64,000 bases of DNA from positions 2,322 through 66,321 of the forward strand of contig JBLHMB010000015.1 in assembly GCA_047621665.1 (NCBI GenBank), given 5' to 3'. Made by a program: the position numbers and the translations under genes. How positions within the stretch are numbered: position 1 is the first letter of the stretch; every line of letters begins with the position of its first letter. Below the pieces are notes generated by a model, which was not told the DNA's origin, did not search any database, and worked only from the letters and a program-made list of their open reading frames with translations. Of the stretch, positions 30,285 to 40,535 are shown piece by piece. This DNA comes from Bradyrhizobium sp. GTDB taxonomy: Bacteria; Pseudomonadota; Gammaproteobacteria; Burkholderiales; Burkholderiaceae_D.

Positions 30285-31418
30285 TTATTGGAGGACGGAG
30301 AGTACCGCAGCAACCGCGCGTTCGACATCGCTTTCGGTCATCGTCGCAAACATCGGCAGCGAGACGATGCGCTGACCGACCCGTTCGGCCACTGGGAACA
30401 TGCCTTCGGTAAAGCCACGTGCGCGGTACAGCGACAGTAAGTGAATCGCCGGATAGTGATAACCGATACCGATCTGCAGCGCCATCATCCGTTCCATGAA
30501 ATCAGCGCGGGTGAGGCGCCCGGGCAGCACCAGCTGGAACATGTGCCAGTTCGAATTGTCGAAGTCGGCCACCGGCAACTGGGCACCGGTGCGCTCCTCG
30601 AAGTCGCTGCCGAACAGCGTGAAGTAATGGCGCGCCAGACGACGGCGTGTCGCGGTGATCGCCTCGATGTGCGCGAACTGACCCAGACCGATGGTGGCGG
30701 CGATATCGGTCATGTTGAATTTGCCGCCGAGGACATCGACATCGAGGCCATCGAAACCGCTGCGGGTGACGCCTTGCAAGCGGTATTTTTCAGCCAGCCG
30801 TGCTTCGGCCGCGTCATTCAACACCAGGCAACCGCCTTCGGAGGTGGTGATGTTCTTGTTGGCCTGAAAGCTGAACGAGACGAAGTCGCCTATGGCACCG
30901 ATGCGCTGGCCGTTCCAGCTCGACGCAATCGCTTGCGCGGCATCTTCGATCACGCGCAGGTTGTGTTTTTTTGCGATCGCATACAGACGGTCCATGTCGA
31001 CCGGCAGGCCGGACAGGTAGACCGGAATGATTGCGCGGGTGCGTGGCGTGATTGCGGCTTCGACTAGATCGAGGTCGATGTTGCGGGTGACCGGATCGAT
31101 ATCGGCAAACACCGGCGTGGCACCGACTTCGATGATCACGTTGGCGGTGGCAACCCACGAGATCGGCGTCGTGATGACTTCGTCGCCGGGACCGATGCCG
31201 GCGATACGCAGCGCGATCTCCATTGTGCAGGTGCCGGAATTGAACGTACGCACTGGTCGACCGCCGAAGTAGGCCGACAGTTGTGCTTCGAAGGCTTGCA
31301 CTTTCGGCCCGCTGGTAATCCAGCCCGAGCGCAGCACATCACCGACGGCGGCAATGGTGGCTTCATCAATCGTTGGCCGGGAAAACGGCAGGAACGGCAG
31401 GGTCAGGGGAGAGTTCAT
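30285..31418 (-). CDS. arnB: UDP-4-keto-pentose aminotransferase (DegT/DnrJ/EryC1/StrS)
   Basis: 'LRSGWITSGPKV', 'IEDAAQA', 'SFQANKNITTSEGG'. Confidence 0.9.
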   Translation of the reverse strand: MNSPLTLPFLPFSRPTIDEATIAAVGDVLRSGWITSGPKVQAFEAQLSAYFGGRPVRTFNSGTCTMEIALRIAGIGPGDEVITTPISWVATANVIIEVGATPVFADIDPVTRNIDLDLVEAAITPRTRAIIPVYLSGLPVDMDRLYAIAKKHNLRVIEDAAQAIASSWNGQRIGAIGDFVSFSFQANKNITTSEGGCLVLNDAAEARLAEKYRLQGVTRSGFDGLDVDVLGGKFNMTDIAATIGLGQFAHIEAITATRRRLARHYFTLFGSDFEERTGAQLPVADFDNSNWHMFQLVLPGRLTRADFMERMMALQIGIGYHYPAIHLLSLYRARGFTEGMFPVAERVGQRIVSLPMFATMTESDVERAVAAVLSVLQ

Positions 31419-31493
31419 GGGATGCGATTGCCTATAAAAACGGGTTGCGCCGGAGGTCTGGCGCGAATACAAAACGGATCAACAAGACAGGTA

Positions 31494-31868
31494 TTAAGAA
31501 CGCGCCAGCAGAATCACGCCAACGATGATCACGCCGATGCCGAGAAGTCGCTGCATTGACACGATCTCGCCGAGGAAATACCACGCGCCCAGCGCATTAA
31601 TGATGTAGCCCAGCGAGAGCATCGGATAGGCGATCGTCACATCCACGCGGGACAGACCAATAATCCAGACCAGCACCGACACGACATAGCAGGTCAGGCC
31701 GCCGAGGATAGGCAATTGGGTGGCCAGCTTGATGCCGGTCGGGAACCAGTTATCGGCGGTCAGATGGATCGCACCGACCGCGTTGGTACCGGCCTTGAGC
31801 AGCAACTGCGCGATCGCGTTGAGACAGATGCCGGTCAGGATAAAACCGAAGGTAGGAAGATTCATCAT
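31494..31868 (-). CDS. SMR/EamA-type Ara4N-lipid flippase subunit (ArnE/F/G-like)
   Basis: About 124 aa with four TM helices; 'IAYPMLSLGYI'; lies between arnT and arnB. Confidence 0.8.
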   Translation of the reverse strand: MMNLPTFGFILTGICLNAIAQLLLKAGTNAVGAIHLTADNWFPTGIKLATQLPILGGLTCYVVSVLVWIIGLSRVDVTIAYPMLSLGYIINALGAWYFLGEIVSMQRLLGIGVIIVGVILLARS

Positions 31869-31878
31869 GCAGGGGCGA

Positions 31879-33537
31879 TCAAGGCTGGAGCTGGTTGGAA
31901 ACAATGACGCGGCGCGGATCGCTGGCGATGACACGCATCGGCATGCCACGTTGCTTGAGGTCGCGATAGGTGTCCGGGTGAATGATCGCGATTTCGCGGG
32001 CACGGGTACCGAAGCGCGCGGTCCATTGCGCGACGAAGACCTCGAGGTCGGGGATCCACAGTTCCGGTTGCTGGCTCAGGCCGAACTCCATCTCGTCGGC
32101 ATGCGCGACCAGCGTCATGGTCCGCTCCAGATAGAACGGCAGTGCCTGTTCGTAACGGTTGACCATGTACATGTGGGTTTGCGGTGTCATCTCGGCTTGC
32201 ACGGCCGGTACCAGATCGATGCCGGCCGCAAAGCGGCCAAGCGGATCATGACCTAGCATCACGCACTGGCCGGCCAGATAGCCGGTGAGGGCGATCACCA
32301 GCACCGAGCGCTCAGTATGACGGCGGGCGAAGAAGGCCAGTGCGCCGCCAACAACAGCGATGGCCGCCGCAGCGGCAACCCACGGTGCGTAAGCGGTGTA
32401 GAGCGGTAACTCGAACGCCGATTTTGCCAGTGGCGGGATGCGGTTGAATGTCGCCAGACCCGCCAATCCGATCGCGATCAGGATGCCGGCATTGATGGCC
32501 AGTGCCCGCTGCGTGACGTTGCGCAAAGTGCAGGCGATCAGCAAGGCAATCGCCGGGAAAATCGGCAAAATGTACGACGGCAGTTTCGAGCTGGACACGC
32601 TGAAAAAGAAAAAGATGAAAGCGGCCCAGACCAGCAGCATTTTTTCAGGCTGGAAGCCGCTGCCGCGATTGCGCACGCCTTGCCAGAAACCCTGCAGCAG
32701 CAAACCCAGCCACGGCACCATGCCTAGCACCAGCAGCGGTACGAAATAATAAATGGGTCCGGCGCGGTGATGAATCTTGCTGAAAAAGCGCTGGAAATGT
32801 TCGTGGATGAAAAAGAATTGCAGGAACTCCGGATTGTCGATCGACACCAGCACGAACCACGGTGTCGTGATCACAAAAAAGACCACCAGACCCCAGCCCG
32901 CATGCAGGCGCTTCCAGATCATCCAGTCGCGCGAGACAAAGGTATAAATGAACAGCACGGCGCCCGGCAGGACCACGCCGATCAGGCCTTTCGACATGAC
33001 CGCCAGCGCCATGCCGGCCCAGCACACCAGCATGCCGTTGCGTTGTTCGTTGCCGGTGGCGTCATTGTGCTGCGCTACCAGCAGGCCGCACAGTGCCAGC
33101 GCCATCATCGCCGATAAACCCATGTCGAGCGTGTTGATGTGGCCCAGCATGGCCCACAGCAGACTTGATCCGAGTATCAGCGCCGCATCGAAACCGACGC
33201 GCCCGCCAAACACCTTGCGGCCGGTGTAGCCGACCGCGGCGATACCGATCAGTCCGCACAGACCTGTCCAGAAACGCGCCTGCCATTCACCGAGACCGAA
33301 CAGCTCGAAGGTCAGCGCGGTCATCCAGACTTGCAATGGCGGCTTTTCAAAATACTTGATGCCGTTCAGGCGGGTCGTAACCCAGTCACCGGTGGCCACC
33401 ATCTCGCGCGCCATTTCGGCATAGCGGCCCTCATCGGTCGGCACCAGAATACGGGCATCGAGCGCGTAGAACCAGATGAAGCAGAAGAAGAGCGCGAGGG
33501 TCCAGACAAAAGCACGGGACTTGTAAAGATCGGTCAT
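31879..33537 (-). CDS. arnT: Lipid A Ara4N transferase (GT-C fold)
   Basis: 'DEGRYAEMAREM', 'YFEKPPL', 'SKLPSYILP'; multi-TM protein. Confidence 0.92.
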   Translation of the reverse strand: MTDLYKSRAFVWTLALFFCFIWFYALDARILVPTDEGRYAEMAREMVATGDWVTTRLNGIKYFEKPPLQVWMTALTFELFGLGEWQARFWTGLCGLIGIAAVGYTGRKVFGGRVGFDAALILGSSLLWAMLGHINTLDMGLSAMMALALCGLLVAQHNDATGNEQRNGMLVCWAGMALAVMSKGLIGVVLPGAVLFIYTFVSRDWMIWKRLHAGWGLVVFFVITTPWFVLVSIDNPEFLQFFFIHEHFQRFFSKIHHRAGPIYYFVPLLVLGMVPWLGLLLQGFWQGVRNRGSGFQPEKMLLVWAAFIFFFFSVSSSKLPSYILPIFPAIALLIACTLRNVTQRALAINAGILIAIGLAGLATFNRIPPLAKSAFELPLYTAYAPWVAAAAAIAVVGGALAFFARRHTERSVLVIALTGYLAGQCVMLGHDPLGRFAAGIDLVPAVQAEMTPQTHMYMVNRYEQALPFYLERTMTLVAHADEMEFGLSQQPELWIPDLEVFVAQWTARFGTRAREIAIIHPDTYRDLKQRGMPMRVIASDPRRVIVSNQLQP

Positions 33538-33920
33538 CCGGCGACAGGTGCTTCGAAGATCAGCGCCAGCGCCACCTTGCGGCCTTCTGCCATCAAGATA
33601 TTGTAGGTGCGGCACGCGGCCTTGTTATCCATGCATTCGACGCCGATGCGGCGCTCGGTCAGCGAAACACTCAGACGTGGATGGATAAAACGCTGGTGCG
33701 TTCCGGTGCCGAGAATGACGACATCCGGCTGCAGCGAGTTGATGTGCTCAAAGTGTTCGGACGTGAGTGCCTCGAAATTTGGTGCCGGCCAGTCGATTGG
33801 CGCCATTTCGGGCATGACCAGCAAGCTGGTCGTGTAATGACTCAGATTGATATCGACGCCATCGGCGTCGTACGAGGTCACAGTTTGATATTGCTGGGTA
33901 GTGGTGTGGTGAAGCTTCAT
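33534..33920 (-). CDS. Mth938/DUF498 (NDUFAF3-like) domain protein
   Basis: 'VILGTG...GVECMDNKAACRTYNILMAEGRKVALAL'. ATGA overlap with arnT. Confidence 0.9.
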   Translation of the reverse strand: MKLHHTTTQQYQTVTSYDADGVDINLSHYTTSLLVMPEMAPIDWPAPNFEALTSEHFEHINSLQPDVVILGTGTHQRFIHPRLSVSLTERRIGVECMDNKAACRTYNILMAEGRKVALALIFEAPVAG

Positions 33921-34124
33921 GCGGTACGGCCCCGTCGGAAGGTTAACGTTCGGAGGCTGCATTGTAGCGGCAGACGTGGCATAAATGTTCCGGCTCGTAC
34001 TCAATGCAGGGCCGAATGTCCGGATTTCCCGGTGTTAGCGATTGATAAATGCCGGCGCATTCGGCAAAATAGCTTTTTTTTCGCAATGCAACAAACACTG
34101 CCACCCGTTGAAGGAACCGTTACC

Positions 34125-35354
34125 GTGCGACCGATTCAGAAATCCAGAAAACTGGCAGACGTCTGTTATGACATCCGTGGTCCCGTGCTGGAAAAAGCCA
34201 AGCAAATGGAAGACGAAGGCCACAAGATCATCAAGCTCAACATCGGCAATCTGGCCGTGTTCGGTTTCGATGCCCCGGACGAGATCGTGCAGGACATGAT
34301 TCGCAACATGCAGAACGCGTCGGGCTATACCGATTCCAAAGGCTTGTTCGCACCGCGCAAAGCGATCATGCACTACACGCAGGAAAAAAATATCGCCGGC
34401 GTGACCATCGAGGATGTGTACCTCGGCAATGGCGCCTCCGAGCTGATCGTCATGAGCATGAATGCGCTGCTCAATACCGGCGACGAAGTGCTGGTGCCGG
34501 CTCCCGATTATCCGCTCTGGACCGCTGCGGTCAGCCTGTCGGGCGGCAATCCGGTGCATTACGTTTGCGACGAGCAGGCCGGCTGGTTTCCTGACATTGA
34601 AGACATCAAGCGCAAGATCAACGCCAATACGCGCGCCATCGTCGTCATCAATCCGAACAATCCGACCGGTGCACTGTATCCCGATGCGCTGCTTTTGCAG
34701 ATCGTCGAACTGGCACGCCAGCATCAGCTGATTATTTTTGCCGACGAGATTTACGACAAGGTGCTGTACGACGGCGTCACGCATACCTCGATGGCTTCGC
34801 TGGCCGATGACGTGCTGTTCATCACCTTCAACGGACTGTCGAAAAACTATCGTTCGTGCGGTTATCGTGCCGGCTGGATGGTCGTCTCCGGCCAGAAAAA
34901 ACATGCCCGCGATTACATCGAGGGTCTCAACATGCTGACCTCGATGCGCCTGTGTGCGAATGCGCCGGGGCAGTACGCGATCCAGACCGCGCTGGGTGGT
35001 TACCAGAGCATCAACGATCTGGTCGGTCCGGGCGGACGCTTGCTGCGTCAGCGTGATCTTGCACACAAGTTATTGACAGCCATACCGGGCGTTACCTGCG
35101 TCAAGCCCAAGTCCGCGTTGTACATGTTCCCGCGTCTGGATCCGGCCATGTATCCTATTGCCAACGATCAGGATTTCGCGTACCAGCTGTTGGCTGAGGA
35201 GCGGGTCCTGATCGTGCAGGGCACAGGTTTCAATTGCCCGACACCCGATCACTTCCGGGTCGTGTTCCTGCCCAATACCGATGATTTGACCGACGCGATG
35301 GGACGCATTGCGCGTTTCCTTGACGGCTATCGAAAAAGTCACGGCACTTCCTAA
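34125..35354 (+). CDS. alaA: PLP-dependent alanine aminotransferase (class I)
   Basis: 'YDIRGPV', 'LNIGN', 'INPNNPTGA', 'NGLSKNYRSCGYRAGW'. GTG start after an AAGGAA RBS. Confidence 0.88.
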   Translation: MRPIQKSRKLADVCYDIRGPVLEKAKQMEDEGHKIIKLNIGNLAVFGFDAPDEIVQDMIRNMQNASGYTDSKGLFAPRKAIMHYTQEKNIAGVTIEDVYLGNGASELIVMSMNALLNTGDEVLVPAPDYPLWTAAVSLSGGNPVHYVCDEQAGWFPDIEDIKRKINANTRAIVVINPNNPTGALYPDALLLQIVELARQHQLIIFADEIYDKVLYDGVTHTSMASLADDVLFITFNGLSKNYRSCGYRAGWMVVSGQKKHARDYIEGLNMLTSMRLCANAPGQYAIQTALGGYQSINDLVGPGGRLLRQRDLAHKLLTAIPGVTCVKPKSALYMFPRLDPAMYPIANDQDFAYQLLAEERVLIVQGTGFNCPTPDHFRVVFLPNTDDLTDAMGRIARFLDGYRKSHGTS

Positions 35355-35399
35355 TCCAACAAGGCCGGCGATGGCGCCGGCTGCACCATGAGCATAATT

Positions 35400-36710
35400 A
35401 TGAAACCCATCAAAGTAGGCCTGCTAGGCATCGGTACCGTCGGTGCCGGCACATTCACTGTCCTCAAGCGCAATGCCGAAGAAATCAGCCGGCGTGCCGG
35501 ACGCCGCATTGAGATCACCATGGTTGCGGATCTCGACGTCACGCGCGCGCACGCACTGACCAATGGCGAATGCGAAGTCGTCAATGACGCCAGCCTGATC
35601 ATCAATCATCCCGAGATTGATATCGTCATCGAACTGATCGGTGGCGCGGGTATCGCCAGAACACTGGTGTTGCAGGCGATTGCCAATGGCAAGCATGTGG
35701 TCACTGCCAACAAGGCGTTGCTGGCGCTGCACGGCAACGAAATTTTCAAGGCAGCGCAGGAGAAGGGCGTCATCGTCGCCTTCGAAGCGGCGGTCGCCGG
35801 TGGCATTCCGATCATCAAGGTACTGCGTGAAAGCCTGACTGCCAACCGGATTGAATGGGTGGCCGGCATCATCAACGGCACCACCAATTTCATCCTCTCG
35901 GAGATGCGCGACAAGGGAATTGACTTCACCACCGCGCTCAGTGGCGCCATGCAGCTCGGTTATGCCGAAGCCGACCCGACCGTCGATATCGAAGGCATCG
36001 ACGCCGGCCACAAGGCCACGTTGATGGCGTCGATCGCGTTCGGTATTCCGGTCCAGTTCGGCAAGGCGCATGTCGAAGGCATCACGCAATTGCAGAGCGT
36101 CGATATCGGCTACGCCGAACAGCTCGGTTACCGCATCAAGCTGCTGGCCATCGCCAAGCGCACGCCGCTCGGTATCGAATTGCGCGTGCATCCGACGCTG
36201 ATCCCGACCCGGCGTCTGATCGCCAATGTCGAAGGCGCGATGAATGCGGTGCTGGTGCAAGCCGATGCAGTCGGCGCGACCATGTATTACGGCAAGGGTG
36301 CCGGTGCCGAGCCGACTGCCTCGGCCGTCATTGCTGACCTGATCGACATCAGCCGGCTGTTCACGGCGCAGCCGGGCCATCGGGTGCCGCATCTGGCCTT
36401 TCAGCCGGATGCGATGACCGATACGCCGATTCTGCCGATGGCCGAGATCACCACCAGCTACTACCTGCGCATGCATGTGGCCGACCAGCTTGGCGTGCTG
36501 GCGACCGTCACGCGCATCCTGGCCGACTCGGATATTTCGATCGACGCGATGCTGCAAAAAGAACCGGCAGGAGGGGCCAGCGAAACCGACATCATCATCC
36601 TGACGCATCTGACTCAGGAAAAATGCGTCGATGCCGCAATCGCGCGGATCGAAGCATTGGCGACGGTGATCGGGAAAGTCACGCGGATCCGGCTGGAAGA
36701 GCTGGAGTAA
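35400..36710 (+). CDS. hom: Homoserine dehydrogenase with C-terminal ACT domain
   Basis: 'GIGTVG', 'VVTANK', 'GIINGTTNFIL', 'GYAEADPT'. Confidence 0.95.
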   Translation: MKPIKVGLLGIGTVGAGTFTVLKRNAEEISRRAGRRIEITMVADLDVTRAHALTNGECEVVNDASLIINHPEIDIVIELIGGAGIARTLVLQAIANGKHVVTANKALLALHGNEIFKAAQEKGVIVAFEAAVAGGIPIIKVLRESLTANRIEWVAGIINGTTNFILSEMRDKGIDFTTALSGAMQLGYAEADPTVDIEGIDAGHKATLMASIAFGIPVQFGKAHVEGITQLQSVDIGYAEQLGYRIKLLAIAKRTPLGIELRVHPTLIPTRRLIANVEGAMNAVLVQADAVGATMYYGKGAGAEPTASAVIADLIDISRLFTAQPGHRVPHLAFQPDAMTDTPILPMAEITTSYYLRMHVADQLGVLATVTRILADSDISIDAMLQKEPAGGASETDIIILTHLTQEKCVDAAIARIEALATVIGKVTRIRLEELE

Positions 36711-36731
36711 CTGCGGCACGAATCAGTCGGG

Positions 36732-36766
36732 AATGCCCTGCGGCAGAGTAACCGCAGGGCAGTGCA
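36732..36766. repeat. Hairpin built from the REP core found at 47171
   Basis: TGCCCTGCGG / CCGCAGGGCA inverted repeat. TAACCGCAGGGCA(G/T)TGCAC is shared with 47182-47200. Confidence 0.6.
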
Positions 36767-36792
36767 CAACACGCACCGCCACCATCACCACC

Positions 36793-38487
36793 TCAATGCC
36801 GCTCGCTCGCCATCTTCTCCAGCACGCAACGCATCATCCCCGCCGCCAGCTCCTCCTCACCGATCAGCACCTTGCCGACTTGTTCCTTGCGCAGCAGCTC
36901 GGCTTCCGCGACGCTGTGAGTGCGTACTATGCATTCGATCATCGGGTTGAGCATGCGGGCGGTCTGGATCATCTTGCGGACATGGAAAGTATCCGGCGTC
37001 GCGATGACCAGGAAGCTGGCGCGGGCAATATGGGCCTGGATCAGCACCGCGGGTTCGGCGGCATTGCCGGCGACGGCGGCGATATCCTGTTCACGCAATT
37101 GCTCGACGATGTCGCGGTTTTGTTCCGCCACCACAAAGTCGATGCGCTGTTCTGCCAGCTGCGCGGCGATGCGCCGGCCAACCCGGCCATAACCGACCAG
37201 CACGACCTGACCGCTCAGTTTGTGGTGCGCCGTCGTGGTCGGCAACTCTGCCAGCGGATCCATCGTGCGCTCCAGTTTACGCGCCAGGCTGGAGCGCTTG
37301 CGTAGCCATTTTTGCGCCGGCTCGATGGTTGCAAACAGCACCGGATTGAGCGCAATCGAAATGATTGCGCCGGCCAGAATCAGGCTCTGTCCTTCCTGCG
37401 GCAGCAAGCCCAACGAGACGCCCAGCGCCACCAGAATGAACGAGAACTCGCCGATCTGGGCCAGGCTGGCCGATACCGTCAGCGCGGTATTGAGCGGATA
37501 GCGCATCACCAGTACCAGTCCCAGCGCGACGATGGACTTGCCAAACATGATGATGGCGACCGTGACCACGACATGCCAAGGACTATGGATCAACACCATC
37601 GGATCGAACAGCATCCCCACCGAGACAAAGAACAGCACCGAAAACGCATCGCGCAATGGCAAGGTTTCGGTGGCAGCGCGCTGACTCAGTTCGGATTCAC
37701 GCAGCACCATGCCGGCAAAGAAAGCACCCAGTGCAAACGACACGCCGAACAGCTTGGTCGCGCCAAAGGCAATGCCGACGGCCGCTGCGATCACGCACAA
37801 GGTGAACAGTTCACGCGAGCCGGTCTTCGCTACCTGCCACAGGATCCACGGAAAGACCCGGCGTCCGACCACCAGCATGAAGATCAGAAAAGCCACCACC
37901 AGCCCAAGTGTCCTGGCCAGCGTCGGCCACAGGTCACCGGCGTCCGGCGCAACGTGACCACCCAGCGAACCCGATAAGGCGGGCAGCAACACCAGCGCCA
38001 GCACCATCACCAGATCTTCGACCACCAGCCAGCCAATCGCAATGCGGCCATTGAACGAGGCAAGCACGCCGCGATCCTCCAGCGCGCGCAGCAGTACGAC
38101 GGTGCTGGCCACCGACAAGGCCAGACCAAACACCAGTCCGGCACCGATGCTCCAGCCCCATAGATGCGCGACGGCCATGCCCATTCCCGTTGCCACCGCG
38201 ATCTGCAGGATCGCCCCGGGGATGGCTATGCCGCGCACTTCCAGCAGATCGTTCATCGAAAAATGCAGACCGACACCAAACATCAGCAGCATCACGCCGA
38301 TCTCGGCGAGTTGTCCGGCCAGCGCCATATCGGCGACGAAGCCGGGTGTCGCCGGCCCGATCGCCATACCGGCGACCAGATAACCGATCAGGGCCGGGAG
38401 TTTCAGGCGGACAGCAATCATGCCAAACACCAGTCCGAGGACGAGCGCGTAAGCAATGGTGGAAATGAGGGCGGTATCGTGAGGCAT
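36793..38487 (-). CDS. ybaL: YbaL-family CPA2 cation:proton antiporter with C-terminal RCK/TrkA-N domain
   Basis: 'LAEIGVMLLMFGVGLHFS', 'LSVASTVVLLRALE', 'LPLRDAFSVLFFVSVG', 'VGYGRVG'. Confidence 0.9.
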   Translation of the reverse strand: MPHDTALISTIAYALVLGLVFGMIAVRLKLPALIGYLVAGMAIGPATPGFVADMALAGQLAEIGVMLLMFGVGLHFSMNDLLEVRGIAIPGAILQIAVATGMGMAVAHLWGWSIGAGLVFGLALSVASTVVLLRALEDRGVLASFNGRIAIGWLVVEDLVMVLALVLLPALSGSLGGHVAPDAGDLWPTLARTLGLVVAFLIFMLVVGRRVFPWILWQVAKTGSRELFTLCVIAAAVGIAFGATKLFGVSFALGAFFAGMVLRESELSQRAATETLPLRDAFSVLFFVSVGMLFDPMVLIHSPWHVVVTVAIIMFGKSIVALGLVLVMRYPLNTALTVSASLAQIGEFSFILVALGVSLGLLPQEGQSLILAGAIISIALNPVLFATIEPAQKWLRKRSSLARKLERTMDPLAELPTTTAHHKLSGQVVLVGYGRVGRRIAAQLAEQRIDFVVAEQNRDIVEQLREQDIAAVAGNAAEPAVLIQAHIARASFLVIATPDTFHVRKMIQTARMLNPMIECIVRTHSVAEAELLRKEQVGKVLIGEEELAAGMMRCVLEKMASERH

Positions 38488-38637
38488 GGTCGGGGTTTTT
38501 CCTGTAATCCGGTAAAAACCGAGGACGTGGCGGGAAACGGCGGGCGCGTTCGGTGAGCAACCGGCTTGCCAAACACGCCCGGAACGCCGCGATTATCGCA
38601 TTGCCGTGCGCGGCAGCCGGTATGGCGAATGAAAAAA

Positions 38638-39357
38638 CTACCTGTTGGTATTTTTTTCTGATACCGGCCAGCCCGTCAGTAATCCGGCTTCAAGATGCGG
38701 TGACGCGTCGGCTGCCGAGGCATGCGGACCCAATCCCGGCAGCACGCCCAGTAGCGGCGCGTCGAGGCGTGCCACCAGTGCTGCGATGTTATCCGTCAGG
38801 TATTCCATGTCGGGTTCGATCAGGTTGGCGACCCAGCCGGCCAGGTTCAGTCCACGTGAGCGGATTGCTTCGGCCGTCAGCAAGGCGTGACTGAGACAGC
38901 CCAGTCGCATGCCCACCACCAGCACCACCGGCAAGCCCAGTCGCTGTGCCAGATCAGCGGTGTCGGCCTCATCGGACAGGGGCACGCAAAAACCACCGAC
39001 GCCTTCGACCACCACGGTCTCGGCACTGGCTGCCAGCTGGTGGTAGCAATCAAGCAGGTGTTCCAGCGAAACCGTCACGCCATCCCGGGCGGCGGCGATG
39101 TGCGGTGCTGCGGCGGCGTGCAGGATGTACGGTGCACGCAGGGCAGCCGGTAACGACAGGTTGCCGGCTGCAGCGAGTTGTTCGACATCGTCATTGACGA
39201 GCCGGCCGTCGACCAGGACGGCACCGGCGGCGACCGGCTTCATGCCGACCGCACCGAATCCGCCTTCGACCAGCAAATGCAGCAATGCGGCGCTGACCAG
39301 CGACTTGCCGACGCCGGTATCGGTGCCGGTGACAAAACATGCGAAGCGCGCGCTCAT
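38638..39357 (-). CDS. bioD: Dethiobiotin synthase
   Basis: '[12 protein letters not shown]', 'KPVAAG', 'VEGVGG'. Confidence 0.95.
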   Translation of the reverse strand: MSARFACFVTGTDTGVGKSLVSAALLHLLVEGGFGAVGMKPVAAGAVLVDGRLVNDDVEQLAAAGNLSLPAALRAPYILHAAAAPHIAAARDGVTVSLEHLLDCYHQLAASAETVVVEGVGGFCVPLSDEADTADLAQRLGLPVVLVVGMRLGCLSHALLTAEAIRSRGLNLAGWVANLIEPDMEYLTDNIAALVARLDAPLLGVLPGLGPHASAADASPHLEAGLLTGWPVSEKNTNR

Positions 39358-40535
39358 GCTTGCAACGCGTTGAGTGCCGCGACCAGTTGTGCGACTTCTG
39401 CCCGCGAGTGGGCGGCCGACAGCGTGATACGCAACCGTCCGGTGCCGACCGGCACCGTCGGTGGCCGGATCGCACCGACCCAGAGACCTTGTTCATACAG
39501 GCGGGTAGCGGCGGCCATCGTGTCGTCGTTGCTGCCGATGATGACTGGCTGTATCGGCGTTTCCGACAACAGGCAATGCCAGTGCTGCAACTGTAATTGG
39601 CTGCGGAATTCGCCGATCAGATTCGCCAGATGGGTACGCCGCAGCGCACCCTCGGCACCACTGATCAGGTCGATGCTGGTCAGCAGCGCATGCGCCAGCG
39701 CCGGTGGCGTCGCCGTACTGTAAATATAGGGCCGGGCGCGCTGCAGCAGCCATTCGATGACACTTTCGTGCGCTGCAACGAAGGCACCACCGACACCGGC
39801 GGCCTTGCCCAGCGTCCCCATGTAGATCAATCGTGGCGAGCGGATACCGGCCTGCTCGAGCGCGCCACGGCCGTGCCGGCCCAGTACGCCAAAGCCATGT
39901 GCATCATCGACCAGCAACCAGGCGTCATGCTTTTCGCATACGGCCAGCAATTCGGCCAGCGGGGCCAGGTCGCCATCCATGCTGAAGACGCTGTCAGTCA
40001 CCACCATCTTGCCGGGGCTGCGACTGGCGGCCAGCATCAGCGCCAGCTGGTCGACCGCGCCGTGCGGATAGACCTGCACGCTGGCACGCGACAGGCGTGC
40101 ACCATCGATCAATGACGCGTGATTCAATTGTTCGCAAAACAAATCGGTATCGCGATCGGTCAGGGCGGACAGGATGGCCAGATTGGCCATGTAGCCGGTG
40201 CAGAAAGTCAGCGTACGGACTGCCTCGATATCGGGTGCCATGAATTCGGCCAGCCGTTCTTCGAGTAGCGCGTGGGCACGCGAGTGACCGCTGATCAGAT
40301 GCGATGCGCCGCTGCCTGCACCGTAGCGACTGGCTCCTTCGCGCAAGGCGGCAATGATGAGCGGATGGGAGGCCAGTCCGAGGTAATCATTGCTGCAGAA
40401 CGCCAGCTTGGTAACACCGTCGACCTGCACCTGCGGTGCGCAAGGTGAGTCGGTGGTGCGGCGGCGCCGGCGCAGGCCGCGTGCGTCGAGTTGTTTCAGC
40501 TTTTGTTGCAGCGACGTGATCAGGTGCGTTGTCAT
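39354..40535 (-). CDS. bioF: 8-amino-7-oxononanoate synthase
   Basis: '[10 protein letters not shown]', 'DSVFSMDGD', 'DDAHG', 'TLGKA'. Confidence 0.95.
   Translation of the reverse strand: MTTHLITSLQQKLKQLDARGLRRRRRTTDSPCAPQVQVDGVTKLAFCSNDYLGLASHPLIIAALREGASRYGAGSGASHLISGHSRAHALLEERLAEFMAPDIEAVRTLTFCTGYMANLAILSALTDRDTDLFCEQLNHASLIDGARLSRASVQVYPHGAVDQLALMLAASRSPGKMVVTDSVFSMDGDLAPLAELLAVCEKHDAWLLVDDAHGFGVLGRHGRGALEQAGIRSPRLIYMGTLGKAAGVGGAFVAAHESVIEWLLQRARPYIYSTATPPALAHALLTSIDLISGAEGALRRTHLANLIGEFRSQLQLQHWHCLLSETPIQPVIIGSNDDTMAAATRLYEQGLWVGAIRPPTVPVGTGRLRITLSAAHSRAEVAQLVAALNALQA

Noticed and set aside
33681-34124. Long N-terminal extensions in the ORF track (also for rarD, dnaB, rpsF, lexA, arnT, bioA and cytochrome b561)
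   Set aside because: These upstream in-frame starts overlap neighbouring genes or promoters. Starts were reset to where homology and an RBS begin.
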